Positions 30,357-39,619 of a stretch of DNA of 64,000 nt are shown here, one piece after another. Location: contig JBMFSH010000003.1 in the NCBI GenBank assembly GCA_049967655.1, positions 78,937 to 142,936 on the forward strand, read 5' to 3'. Every line of letters begins with the position of its first letter. Within the stretch, counting starts at the first letter, position 1. Source of the stretch: Acidobacteriota bacterium. GTDB taxonomy: Bacteria > Acidobacteriota > UBA4820 > DSQY01. Below the pieces are notes generated by a model. It had not been told where the DNA came from. It saw only the letters and a list, made by a program, of their open reading frames with translations, and ran no database searches. The position numbers and the translations under genes are program-made.

Positions 30357-30410
30357 GGAACCCTCCTTCCGTTCGCCCGTGCAAGGCTTCGTAGCTATCT
30401 CGGTTCCGCT

Positions 30411-30439
30411 ATAATACGTGGCCTGGCCGGAGGTGTCAA
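30411..30439 (-). promoter_or_regulatory. sigma70 promoter for ssb, overlapping a + strand TATAAT (30410-30415) facing rsmD
   Basis: Minus strand TTGACA-17 nt-TATTAT. Confidence 0.7.
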
Positions 30440-30441
30440 AC

Positions 30442-30996
30442 GTGCGGATCGTAGGCGGTTCGCTGAGGGGGCGGAAACTGGCGGCGCCCAAGGGGGACGC
30501 CACGCGGCCCACGCTGGAGCGGGTCCGCGAGGCCCTCTTCGACATCCTTCAGCAAAAGATAGCCGGCGCGGCCTTCCTGGACCTCTTCGCGGGCAGCGGC
30601 GCGGTGGGGATCGAGGCCTGGAGTCGAGGCGCCCGCCCGGTGGTCTTCGTGGAGGAGCGCGCGCAGGCCGTCGCCGCCTTGCGGCGGAACATGAAGTCGC
30701 TGGGCGTGGCCGATATGGCCCGGGTCCTGCCCCTGCCCGCCGCCAGGGCCCTCGGGCTTCTGGGCGCCGAAGGGTTCGGCGCCGAGGTGATCTTCGCCGA
30801 CCCGCCCTACGCCGACCCTCGCTGGCCCGATCTCCTGGCGGGCCTGGGGGAGGCGGGGCTGCTGGCGCCTGGAGGTGTTCTCGTGGTGGAGCACGCCCTC
30901 AAGGCCCCGCCTGAAACGCCTGCGGGCTTGGAGCGAGGCCGCTCCTACAAGTACGGCGACACGGGCCTCACGCTGTTTTGGAACGGGGAGGGTTAG
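30442..30996 (+). CDS. rsmD: 16S rRNA m2G966 methyltransferase
   Basis: RIVGG..RG, RPT..RVREALF, DLFAGSG, DPPY; GGAGG RBS. Confidence 0.93.
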   Translation: MRIVGGSLRGRKLAAPKGDATRPTLERVREALFDILQQKIAGAAFLDLFAGSGAVGIEAWSRGARPVVFVEERAQAVAALRRNMKSLGVADMARVLPLPAARALGLLGAEGFGAEVIFADPPYADPRWPDLLAGLGEAGLLAPGGVLVVEHALKAPPETPAGLERGRSYKYGDTGLTLFWNGEG

Positions 30997-31001
30997 GGCG
31001 G

Positions 31002-31145
31002 GTGGTTGGGTGATGAAGCGATTGGGTGATTAGGTGATTAAGCGATTAAGTGATTGGGTGATTAAGTGATTAGGTGATTAAGCGATTAAGTGATTGGGTG
31101 ATTAAGTGATTAAGCGATTGAGCGATGAGGGGATCTAGTGATTAG
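31002..31145. repeat. Octamer tandem array (GTGATTAA/GCGATTAA-like) x18
   Basis: 18 units starting just after the rsmD stop; includes an exact 40-bp higher-order duplication (31026-31065 = 31066-31105). Confidence 0.92.
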
Positions 31146-31324
31146 GAAAAGGCGAGCGCTTTTGCGTCTCGCGCCTGGCGTCTCGCGTCTCGCACCGCCG
31201 CCGCGCGAAGGTGTGGCGCGGCCGCCCTCGGCCGCGAGTCCGCCTGCTCGCTGCCGCGGCGGGCGGGGGCGACCGCCCCACCCTTCATCCGCCCTTCTCG
31301 ACTTGACGCGGGGGAGCAAGCAGC

Positions 31325-33223
31325 ATGCGTGACGTCGTCGTCGGCACGGCGGGGCACATCGACCACGGCAAGACCCTCCTGGTCAAGGCGCTCACCGGCA
31401 CGGACGCGGACCGCTGGGAGGAGGAGAAGCGCCGCGGCATCACCATGGACATCGGCTTTGCCACCCTGGCCACGGAGCAGGGTACGCTCCACTTCGTAGA
31501 CCTGCCGGGGCACGAGCGCTTCATCAAGAACATGCTGGCCGGCGCCACGGGCATCGACCTCTGCCTCCTGGTGGTGGCGGCGGACGAGTCGGTCATGCCG
31601 CAGACCGTTGAGCACGCCGAGATTCTGGAGCTCCTGGGGGTGAATCGAGGCGTAGTGGCCCTGAACAAGATCGACCTAGTGGACGCCGAGACGCGCGGCA
31701 TCGCCCAGCTCGAACTGGAAGAGTTCCTGGCCGCGCACGGCCTGGGCCACCTGCCCGTGGTCCCCGTGAGCGCCGCCACGGGCGAGGGCGTGCGGGCGCT
31801 GGCCGGGGAGCTTTTCAGGCAGGCCCGGTCGTGCCCCGTGCCGCCCGAGGACCGCCCCTTCCGCCTCCCGGTGGACCGGGTCTTCCCCGTGAAGGGCTTC
31901 GGGACCGTGGTGACGGGAACGTGCGTGGACGGGGCACTGGCCGTGGGAGAGCAGGTCCAGCTCTACCCGCGGGGTGGCTCGAGCCGGGTCCGGGGCCTCC
32001 AGATCTTCGGGCGCTCCGTGGAGCGCGCGGCGGCCGGCCAGCGCGTCGCCGTGAACCTGCCCGACCTCAAGCACGACGAGCTGAGGCGCGGCCACCTGGC
32101 CGCCTCCCCGGGCTCCATCTTCCCGACGCGACTGCTTACGGTGCGGGTTCGGGTGCTGGGGTCGGCCAAGGTCTCCCTGCGGTCGGGAGTGGTCTGCACG
32201 CTCCACGTCCACACGCAGGAGCTGGAGGCTCACCTCCACCTGCGGGCCCGTCAGGAGCTGGCGCCGGGCGAGGAGGGGCTGGCCCAGCTCAGGATGGCCG
32301 AGGAGGTCGCCGCCTGGCCGGGGGACCGCTTCATCCTCCGCCTGCCCTCGCCGGTGCGCACGGTGGCCGGCGGCGAGGTGCTCATGGTGGCGCGGAGGAA
32401 GTGCCGCTGGCAGAGGGAGCGCGACGCCCGGAGCGCGGCGGCGCTGGACGGGGGTGACCGCCTGGCGGGCCTCCTCATCGAGGCCGGCCCGGCTGGAACT
32501 AGCCCGGAGGCAGCGGCGGCTCGGCTGGGCGTGACCCTGCCCCTGCTGGAGATGGAGGCGAGGAGGGCCGAAGCCTCCGGCGGACTGGTGCGGTGGGGCG
32601 AGGGGCGCTGGTGGCTGGACGGCGCCGAGGCCGAGGCCTGGCTCCGGCGCGCCGAGGCCTGGGTGAACTCCAAGGTCCAGGGAGGATCGCCGGTGACGTG
32701 GGTCCCCAGGCAGGAACTGCTCGGGCGCTGGCTCAGGGTCCTGGGCGCCGACCGCGGAGAGGCCTTGGTGTCCGCCCTCGTGGCGGCGGGACGTCTGGAG
32801 GCCGAGGGCGACCGCCTCCGGCTCGCGGGCTACACGGCCCAGCTCACGCCGAAGCAGCGCCAGGCGGTCGAACGGGTGAGGGCCGCGCTGGCGAGGCGCG
32901 AGAACCCGGTGCAGACGGGCAGGGAGCTGGAGGCGGCCTGGGGCGCCGAGGTGCGCAGTGTCCTCCCCCTCCTGGCCGAGTCGGGAGAGGTCGTCCGCTT
33001 CGGCGGTGACTGCTTTCTGGCCTCCGAGACCCTGGCCCGCCTTCGGGATCTCCTCCTGGCCTGGTCCGCCGCCCACGAGGGCGCCATCACCGTCCCGGAA
33101 TTCAAGGAGCTGCTGGGCATCACGCGCAAGTACGCCATGCCGCTCCTGGAGCACCTGGACGACCGGAAGTGGACCCGCCGCGACGGCGAGGTGCGGCGCA
33201 TCCTGCTGAAGCCTGAAGCGTAA
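31325..33223 (+). CDS. selB: Selenocysteine-specific elongation factor
   Basis: [32 protein letters not shown]-terminal winged helix [15 protein letters not shown]. Confidence 0.95.
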   Translation: MRDVVVGTAGHIDHGKTLLVKALTGTDADRWEEEKRRGITMDIGFATLATEQGTLHFVDLPGHERFIKNMLAGATGIDLCLLVVAADESVMPQTVEHAEILELLGVNRGVVALNKIDLVDAETRGIAQLELEEFLAAHGLGHLPVVPVSAATGEGVRALAGELFRQARSCPVPPEDRPFRLPVDRVFPVKGFGTVVTGTCVDGALAVGEQVQLYPRGGSSRVRGLQIFGRSVERAAAGQRVAVNLPDLKHDELRRGHLAASPGSIFPTRLLTVRVRVLGSAKVSLRSGVVCTLHVHTQELEAHLHLRARQELAPGEEGLAQLRMAEEVAAWPGDRFILRLPSPVRTVAGGEVLMVARRKCRWQRERDARSAAALDGGDRLAGLLIEAGPAGTSPEAAAARLGVTLPLLEMEARRAEASGGLVRWGEGRWWLDGAEAEAWLRRAEAWVNSKVQGGSPVTWVPRQELLGRWLRVLGADRGEALVSALVAAGRLEAEGDRLRLAGYTAQLTPKQRQAVERVRAALARRENPVQTGRELEAAWGAEVRSVLPLLAESGEVVRFGGDCFLASETLARLRDLLLAWSAAHEGAITVPEFKELLGITRKYAMPLLEHLDDRKWTRRDGEVRRILLKPEA

Positions 33224-33239
33224 GCGCGAGACGTGGGAA

Positions 33240-33368
33240 GCGATGAAGCGATTAAGCGAGAAGCGATGAAGCGGGACGCAAAGACGTTTTTCTCTCCTTC
33301 CTTACCTAATCGCTGCATCGCTCAATCCCTCAATCGCCTAATCGCTTAATTTCTTAATCGCTCATCCC
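33240..33368. repeat. Inverted pair of octamer arrays
   Basis: GCGATGAA/GCGATTAA units (33240-33270), ~35-nt spacer, then CTAATCGC/TTAATCGC units (33306-33368). Confidence 0.85.
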
Positions 33369-33400
33369 CTCGTCCCCCCATCGCCCCAATTTCCCCCACT

Positions 33401-33429
33401 TTGCGTCGCGGCGGCAAAACCGCTAGAAT
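33401..33429 (+). promoter_or_regulatory. sigma70 promoter for the Fe-S operon
   Basis: TTGCGT-17 nt-TAGAAT, 24 nt before ATG 33454. Confidence 0.6.
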
Positions 33430-33453
33430 CCCCCCTTAGAAAGCGAGGGGCCC

Positions 33454-33657
33454 ATGGATCCCAATATGAGTCCTGCCGATATCCTTCGAATGGCGCTGGA
33501 AAAGGAGAAGGAGGCGCTGCGCTTCTACGAGGAGGCCTGCGCCATCGTCACCCACGCGGCCGCCAAGGTGACCCTCCAGGCCATGGCCGAAGAGGAGCGC
33601 TCTCACATCCGCAAGATCGAGGAGGAGCTGGACCGCTTCTTCTACGCGGACAACTGA
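33454..33657 (+). CDS. Small ferritin-like (half-rubrerythrin) protein
   Basis: ALEKEKEALRFY...AEEERSH (E...Y...ExxH) in only 67 aa. Confidence 0.8.
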   Translation: MDPNMSPADILRMALEKEKEALRFYEEACAIVTHAAAKVTLQAMAEEERSHIRKIEEELDRFFYADN

Positions 33658-33662
33658 CGCGC

Positions 33663-34805
33663 ATGAGACTGCCCGGCGGCCGGATCTACCTGGACTGCAA
33701 CGCCACAACTCCCATCGCCCCCGAGGCGCTCGCCGACCTCCAGGCCCGCCTGGGGGAGTGCTTCGCCAACCCCTCCAGCGGCTACCGGGAGGGCAGGGCG
33801 GCCCGGGAGGTGCTGGAGCGCGCTCGCGGCGAGGTGGCCGCCCTCGTGGGTTCCCTTCCCGGCGAGGTGGTTTTCACCGGCTCGGGGACCGAGGCCAACC
33901 ACCTGGCTCTCCAGTCCGCCGTGGCCGGCCGGCCTGGGCGGCGGCGGGTTCTCATGTCGGCCATCGAGCACCCGTCGGTCATCGGCCAGCGGGAGCGCCT
34001 CGAAGCCATGGGCGCCGAGGTGGAGGAGCTTCCGGTGGACCCCCTCGGCCGCCTGGACCTGCCGCGGATGGACTCGCTCATGGGTGAGGACGTGGCCGTG
34101 GTATCCCTGATGACGGTGCACAACGAGACGGGCGTCCTGCAACCCGTGGAGGCGGCCGGGGCCGCGTGCAGGAGGTGGGGGGCTCTCTTCCACACCGACG
34201 CGGTGCAGGCCATGGGCAAGGTGGCCTCCCCCTGGGGCTCGGCCGGGCCCGACTTCCTGAGCGTGGCGGCCCACAAGTTCTACGGGCCCAAGGGCGTGGC
34301 CGCCCTGGTCGTGCGGGAGGGCGCCCCCGTGCACCCGCTCCTGCTGGGGGGCGGCCAGGAGCGGGGGCGCAGAGCCTCCACGGAGGCGGTGGCTCTCGCT
34401 TCGGCCATGGGTGTCGCCGCGCGCCTGGCCCTGGACGGGCTCGGCGCGGCATCGGCCCTCGCCACCCTCAGGGACCGCCTCGAAGCGAAGCTCGTGAGCC
34501 GATTCGGCGCCGTCCTCTTCGGGGACCGGGCCCCGCGGCTTCCCAACACGACCTTCTTCGCCGTTCCCGGAGTGGACGCGGCCGCGCTGGTGGATCGGCT
34601 GGACGCGGAAGGCTTCGCCCTCTCCACGGGCTCCGCCTGCCACAGCGGCCGGCGCGGCGCCCCGGCGGTCCTCGTGAGCATGGGGGTGGCGGACCTCGCG
34701 CCAGCGGGCGCCCTCAGGGTCAGCCTCGGGCGGGGGACGGCCCCTGAAGAGCTGGACGCCTTCCTGGAAGCACTGCCCCGCGCCATCGGGGCGGCGCGGG
34801 TGTGA
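33663..34805 (+). CDS. Cysteine desulfurase (NifS/IscS-like)
   Basis: YLDCNATT, NPSS, HTDAVQ, HKFYGPKG, GSAC catalytic Cys, LRVSLG. Confidence 0.9.
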   Translation: MRLPGGRIYLDCNATTPIAPEALADLQARLGECFANPSSGYREGRAAREVLERARGEVAALVGSLPGEVVFTGSGTEANHLALQSAVAGRPGRRRVLMSAIEHPSVIGQRERLEAMGAEVEELPVDPLGRLDLPRMDSLMGEDVAVVSLMTVHNETGVLQPVEAAGAACRRWGALFHTDAVQAMGKVASPWGSAGPDFLSVAAHKFYGPKGVAALVVREGAPVHPLLLGGGQERGRRASTEAVALASAMGVAARLALDGLGAASALATLRDRLEAKLVSRFGAVLFGDRAPRLPNTTFFAVPGVDAAALVDRLDAEGFALSTGSACHSGRRGAPAVLVSMGVADLAPAGALRVSLGRGTAPEELDAFLEALPRAIGAARV

Positions 34806-34809
34806 TAGC

Positions 34810-35109
34810 ATGGAATCCACGGGCGAGAAGAGCGAGCGCACCGAGCGGGTCTACGTCTTCGTCTGCAAGGGGGACAGCTGCTCGAAGCGGGGGAGCCCGG
34901 ACCGGGTCCGGGTGGCCATCAAGCAGGTGCTCAGGGACTTTCCGGCCCAGAGCGTGAAGCTCTCCTTCGTGTCGTGCCTCTCCATGTGCGGCGAGGGCCC
35001 GAACGTCCTGATCTGCAAGGGCGGGACGGCCTTCCACCGGTGCTCCGGCCCGGAGGCCGGCGCGGTGGCCCAGGAGGTGAGGGAGATCCTTGAACGACCT
35101 GATCCGTGA
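34810..35109 (+). CDS. Thioredoxin-like [2Fe-2S] ferredoxin
   Basis: VFVCKGDSC...CLSMCGEGP (CX4C...CX3C). Confidence 0.85.
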   Translation: MESTGEKSERTERVYVFVCKGDSCSKRGSPDRVRVAIKQVLRDFPAQSVKLSFVSCLSMCGEGPNVLICKGGTAFHRCSGPEAGAVAQEVREILERPDP

Positions 35110-36454
35110 TCCGCACGCCCTGAAGGTCCTGGAGAACCTGAGCGACGGGGTGATCGTCACGAACCTCGAACGCAAGATTGTCTTCATCAACGAGCGGGCC
35201 CGGCGCCTGCTTGGCTACTCCGAGGGGGAGGCGGTCGAGAAGCGCTGCAAGACCGTCACCCGCACCTCCGAATGCGAGTACAGCTGCCCGATGACGCAGG
35301 CCATGCAGCTCGATCGGGACCTGAAGGGCGTGGAGATGTGGTACCACACCAAGGCCGGCCAGCAGATCCGCTGCGTCACCAACGTGCTCCTGCTCAGGGA
35401 CGAGGCCGGCAAGGTTGTGGGCGGCGTGGAGCTATTCACCGACATCACCCAGCTCTACCAGCTCCAGGAGAAGGCCGAGGAGCGCTTCTCCTTCTCCAAC
35501 ATCGTCGGCAAGAACAAGGCCATGCGTGAGATCTTCGAGCTGATCCAGATGGTGGCGGAGACCGATTCCACCGTCATGATCACGGGAGAGAGCGGGACGG
35601 GCAAGGAGCTGGTGGCCAACGCCATCCACTACAACTCGCTCAGGAAGAACAGGGTCTTCGTCAAGGTCAACTGCGCCGCGCTCAACGAGGGGATCCTCGA
35701 AAGCGAGCTCTTCGGCCACGTGCGGGGCGCCTTCACGGGGGCCATCGCGGACAAGATGGGTCGGTTCGAGATGGCCCACGGAGGCACCATCTTCCTGGAC
35801 GAGATCGCCGAGGTGCCACCGGCCACCCAGGTGAAGCTGCTGCGCGTATTGCAGGAGGGTCAGCTCGAGCGAGTGGGCTCCTCCAAGAGCGTGACCGTGG
35901 ACGCCCGGGTCATCGCGGCCACCAACCGCGAGCTCGAGGCGGCGCTGGAGGACGGCACCTTTCGCCGGGACCTCTTCTACCGCCTCAACGTCTTCCGCAT
36001 CCACCTGCCTCCCCTCAGGGAGCGCAAGGAGGACATCCCCCTGCTCGTGGACCACTTCCTGAAGAAGGTCGCCGCGAAGATGCCCTCCAAGCACATCGAG
36101 AGCATCGAGGCCGACGCCGTGGCGCGTCTGATCGACTACAAGTTCCCCGGCAACATCCGCGAGCTGGAGAACCTCATCGAGCACGCCGCGATCCGCAGCC
36201 GCGACGGCACCATCCGGCTCCGCGACCTGCCCCTCGCGACCCCCGTGGAGGAGGCCCCGAATCCCCAGTTTTTCCAGATCCACTCGCCCCTCGAAACCCT
36301 GGAGCGGGACCTCATCCTGAAGCTTCTGGAGGCCAACTCTTGGAAGATCAATCGCACGGCCCAGAGGCTTGGGATCAGCCGGGTCACGCTCTGGCGGAAA
36401 ATGAAGGAGTACGGGATTCAGAAGGAGCAGGACGGGGCCGCGAAGGAGGGCTGA
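35090..36454 (+). CDS. PAS-domain sigma54-dependent transcriptional activator (OrpR-like)
   Basis: PAS with CX8CX3C, GESGTGKE, GAFTGA, FLDEI, FPGNIREL, Fis-type HTH. Confidence 0.92.
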   Translation: MNDLIRDPHALKVLENLSDGVIVTNLERKIVFINERARRLLGYSEGEAVEKRCKTVTRTSECEYSCPMTQAMQLDRDLKGVEMWYHTKAGQQIRCVTNVLLLRDEAGKVVGGVELFTDITQLYQLQEKAEERFSFSNIVGKNKAMREIFELIQMVAETDSTVMITGESGTGKELVANAIHYNSLRKNRVFVKVNCAALNEGILESELFGHVRGAFTGAIADKMGRFEMAHGGTIFLDEIAEVPPATQVKLLRVLQEGQLERVGSSKSVTVDARVIAATNRELEAALEDGTFRRDLFYRLNVFRIHLPPLRERKEDIPLLVDHFLKKVAAKMPSKHIESIEADAVARLIDYKFPGNIRELENLIEHAAIRSRDGTIRLRDLPLATPVEEAPNPQFFQIHSPLETLERDLILKLLEANSWKINRTAQRLGISRVTLWRKMKEYGIQKEQDGAAKEG

Positions 36455-36496
36455 GACCGCCCTAGCCCCCGGCCCACTGCCGCAGGAGTCACTACC

Positions 36497-36826
36497 ATGA
36501 CCGACAGCCACCCCGTCCCTTCCATCGTCGGACGCAGCAACTCGGGCAAGGCCACGCTCATGGTCAAGCTCCTACCGTGGCTCATCGCGAGGGGATGGCG
36601 CGTGGGCGCGCCTAAGCACCACGTGCGCGGCTTCACCATGGACATTGAGGGCAAGGAGACCTGCCGCCCAGAGCCTTTGCCTGGCCGACCAGACGCTGGT
36701 AGCCTTGGTGACGGACCTTTCCGCCCAGCCGGCGGTGCCGGCCCTCGGAGGGGACGAGGTGGAGGCGCCGGGGTCCTGGAGCGAACGCCGGTTCCTGAAG
36801 GAGCCCGGGAAGGGGAGAGGCCGTGA
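36497..36826 (+). pseudogene. mobB: mobB remnant (internal deletion plus frameshift)
   Basis: N-terminus SIVGRSNSGKATL..KL...GWRVGAPKH...DIEGKET; a MobB-like C-terminal tail (LCLADQTLVALVTD) continues in another frame. Confidence 0.7.
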
Positions 36827-37527
36827 CGAATTCTGGCTGTCCCCTGTGCGGGGGGCACGGGTATCTGGTCGAGGAGATTGAGGGCCGGCTGGTGGCCAGG
36901 CCCTGCCAGTGCCGTGTGACGGAGCGGGCGGGGGAGAGGATGGCCGCCTCGGGCATCCCCGAGCGCTACCGCTTCAAGTACGTCTTTGAGCGCTACCGCC
37001 CCGAGCCCGGGACTGGCCAGGACGAGGCGCTCACCATCGCGCGAGGCTACGCTGAGAGCTTCCCCGCCGTGCCCGAGGAGAAGAACGGCCTGCTCTTCAT
37101 CGGCCCCTGCGGGGTCGGCAAGACGCACCTGGCCGTGGCCATCCTCATGGAGGTGGTGATGCGCAAGGGCCTCCCGGCTCTCTTCGTGGACCTCAACGAC
37201 CTCTACCGGGAGATCCGCAACACCTACAACAACCGTGAGACCGACACCACCGAGTACGACATCATGGCTCCCCTGGTGGAGGCCCCGCTCCTGCTCATCG
37301 ACGAGCTGGGCTGCCTCAACAGCCCGTGGGCCCAGGACACGCTCCACTACCTCATCAGCCAGCGCTACAACCGCCTCAAGCCCACCCTCTGCACCAGCAA
37401 CTTCCCCGACGGCCCCGGCTCCGGAGTCTCCACCCTGGAGGAGCGCATCGGCACCCCCACCCGCTCCCGCCTCTACGAGATGTGCAGGGTCGTCGCCATG
37501 GACGGCAAGGACCGCCGGCGAGGATAG
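36823..37527 (+). CDS. DnaC/IstB-like ATPase with N-terminal Zn motif
   Basis: CPLCGG...PCQC, GIPERY, GPCGVGKTHLA, LLLIDELG, SRLYEMC, GKDRR. Confidence 0.88.
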   Translation: MTNSGCPLCGGHGYLVEEIEGRLVARPCQCRVTERAGERMAASGIPERYRFKYVFERYRPEPGTGQDEALTIARGYAESFPAVPEEKNGLLFIGPCGVGKTHLAVAILMEVVMRKGLPALFVDLNDLYREIRNTYNNRETDTTEYDIMAPLVEAPLLLIDELGCLNSPWAQDTLHYLISQRYNRLKPTLCTSNFPDGPGSGVSTLEERIGTPTRSRLYEMCRVVAMDGKDRRRG

Positions 37528-37880
37528 CCGCCGGCCTCATCCTCCCGCGGAGTCCTCCGCCGAAGAGCGCGGAGCCAGCCGCCGCGCGGCGCCCCAGATA
37601 GAAGGGGACGGAGTAGAGGGAGAGGGAGCATTCCAGCACGGCCTCGCCGGGCGCCTCCCCGCCCGCGATCCGCGCGGGCGCCCCAGCGGGCGGGGCGCCG
37701 TTACCTCCTCGCCGTTCGTGCATCTCTTTATCCTGGCCACACCCCCTCCTGGTGCGGCCGGCCTGTTCCCTGCATCCCTCTTTCCTTCCCTATGCGCCGG
37801 GGGCCCAATGCCCCCGGTTTCCTTTTGTCCCCGCCCGCCGCCCCGGCGCCCGCACCCCGCGCCCGCCCGCCCCGCCAGCG

Positions 37881-37909
37881 TTGCACCCGCGCCGCCGAAC
37901 GGGTATTCT
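37881..37909 (+). promoter_or_regulatory. sigma70 promoter for tRNA-Pro
   Basis: TTGCAC-17 nt-TATTCT, 8 nt before the tRNA. Confidence 0.65.
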
Positions 37910-37917
37910 GTTCGGGT

Positions 37918-37994
<77 letters not shown>

Positions 37995-38149
37995 GCCGCT
38001 CCCCCGGCGCTCGCCGGGGTCGCTCCCCAACAGGAAGGCTCCCAACCCCGTGGGGGCTCCGGACCCCTCTCCGGCGCGATTGCAATTAAACTGCAAGTTC
38101 TCTTGTTCGAGGATGGAGTGCCGCTAAACTAGGGACAGTCACCTATTTC

Positions 38150-38372
38150 CTTCGCAGAACCCCGCCACACCTGCGGCGCGGCGGGAACTTACACGGCGAC
38201 ACTCACGGTGACGGACAGCGCATCCAAGACGGCCACCGCGACCGTCACCGTCACCGTTACCACCGCGGGCCTCACGGCTTCGGCCTCGGTCTCCCCGCTC
38301 TCGGGTGCCCCGCCCCTGGCGGTCAGCTTTACGGGATCGGCGACAGGGGGCACGGCCCCCGATACCTACTCG
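38150..38372 (+). pseudogene. PKD-domain gene fragment
   Basis: SQNP, frameshift, then HT..AAGTYTATLTVTD...ASASVSPLSGAPPLAVSFTGSATGG; no start, abruptly truncated. Confidence 0.7.
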
Positions 38373-38374
38373 CG

Positions 38375-39370
38375 CGAGGAGGGTGGCGCTGCCCACAGTG
38401 CGGAAGAGCTCCAAGTCCCAAAGGAGAATGGTCCCGTCCGCATAGCCGGTGGCTAGGTGACGCCTTACAGGGTCGGCTGCCATGGTGGTGATGGCCGACG
38501 TATGGCCCTGGGGTGAGGTGGTCACTTTTCCGGTTTCCATCGAGAACAAAGCTACGGTCCCATCCTCTCATGCCCAGGACGGCCAGTGTTTCATCCCAGA
38601 AGGTCAGACGCGTAGCAGCGAACCCCAAAGAGACGAGGGCCAGGGGTCGGTCGGGGTCGGCCGTGTCCACCAGGGGGAGACTGCTTCGGGGAGGCTCGTG
38701 GATGGTTTGCATTGGTACGCGCACCCATCGGATGCCGTAAGGGCCCTCAGTCTCGCCCCCGCGTGGTTGGGCCGCTGCGCCCTCGCCATGGATTAACCAT
38801 TCGCCCGTATTGTGGCGGCTAGCCAGGAGAAAACGGCCATTGGGCAATAAGGCCAAGTCCAGGAACTTCTCCTTCGCATTCGACCAAGCGTCGGGGCAGA
38901 TGAAGGAGTGCTGATCGAAACGGCTCCCCTGGCGGATGTCGATGGCAGTAGGTTGGGCCACAGACAGCAGGCGGCCGTCGGAGGAGAAAGCCATGGCTTC
39001 GACGGGAGGCAGAATGATGTCCTTCGAGGAAAGGGCCTCGGGAGGATCCACCGACCAGAGGTGCAGGCAGGCATGTCGTACCAACCCGCGTAGGTCAGGT
39101 GCCGCCCGCTGGGAGACACCGCAATCGAGCGCGTTCCGCACCGCCGCTGCTTCTCGTGGAGGCGGGCCTCCTCGCACCCCCGCCGTAGGTCCCAGACGAG
39201 CAGGTCGCGAAGAATCGGGCGGCCGTATTCCTCCTGCCACCCGGCGTACGCCAAGGCGGATGCCGAGGGAAAGAAGGCTGCGACCTACACGCTGCGGCAG
39301 GGCAGCGATTGGCGAAAACACTCCCGCAAGGGGTGCGCTTGGAGGTTGGCGAAGTGGTCGTTCCCAACGG
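38375..39370 (-). pseudogene. Frameshifted WD40/beta-propeller gene remnant
   Basis: WD-like pieces in three frames: SIAVSPSGRHL, AMAFSSDGRLL, GHTSAITTMA...LATGYADGTILLWD. Boundaries approximate. Confidence 0.6.
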
Positions 39371-39619
39371 CCGCTCCTCCTTTTAACCAGGGTTCTCCGT
39401 CTTGCACCTGCGACTCCTCTCGGTGGGCGGATGCGAGGTCCCTGCCACCACTGTACCACCTTTGTGGAATGCCCTATTCACCACAGGGAAGTGCAGCCGG
39501 GCGCGGCGCAGCGGGCCGGCCGCCCTCCCCCCATGGTCTCCGCCCTCCCTTTCTCCTCCCCAGCATCGAGAGAGCATTTCAGCAATAGACCTCAACCGCC
39601 CCGTGGAACCCGCGAAGCG

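Noticed and set aside
31002..31145. Repeat arrays as CRISPR
   Set aside because: Contiguous 7-8-nt units with no unique spacers and no cas genes.
31325..35109. Selenoproteins (UGA read-through) or tRNA-Sec near selB
   Set aside because: Neighbouring ORFs look complete, with Cys at catalytic positions; no in-frame UGA extension or selC seen by eye.
36823..37527. IS21 element
   Set aside because: No istA transposase or terminal repeats; the Zn-motif N-terminus is DnaC-like.
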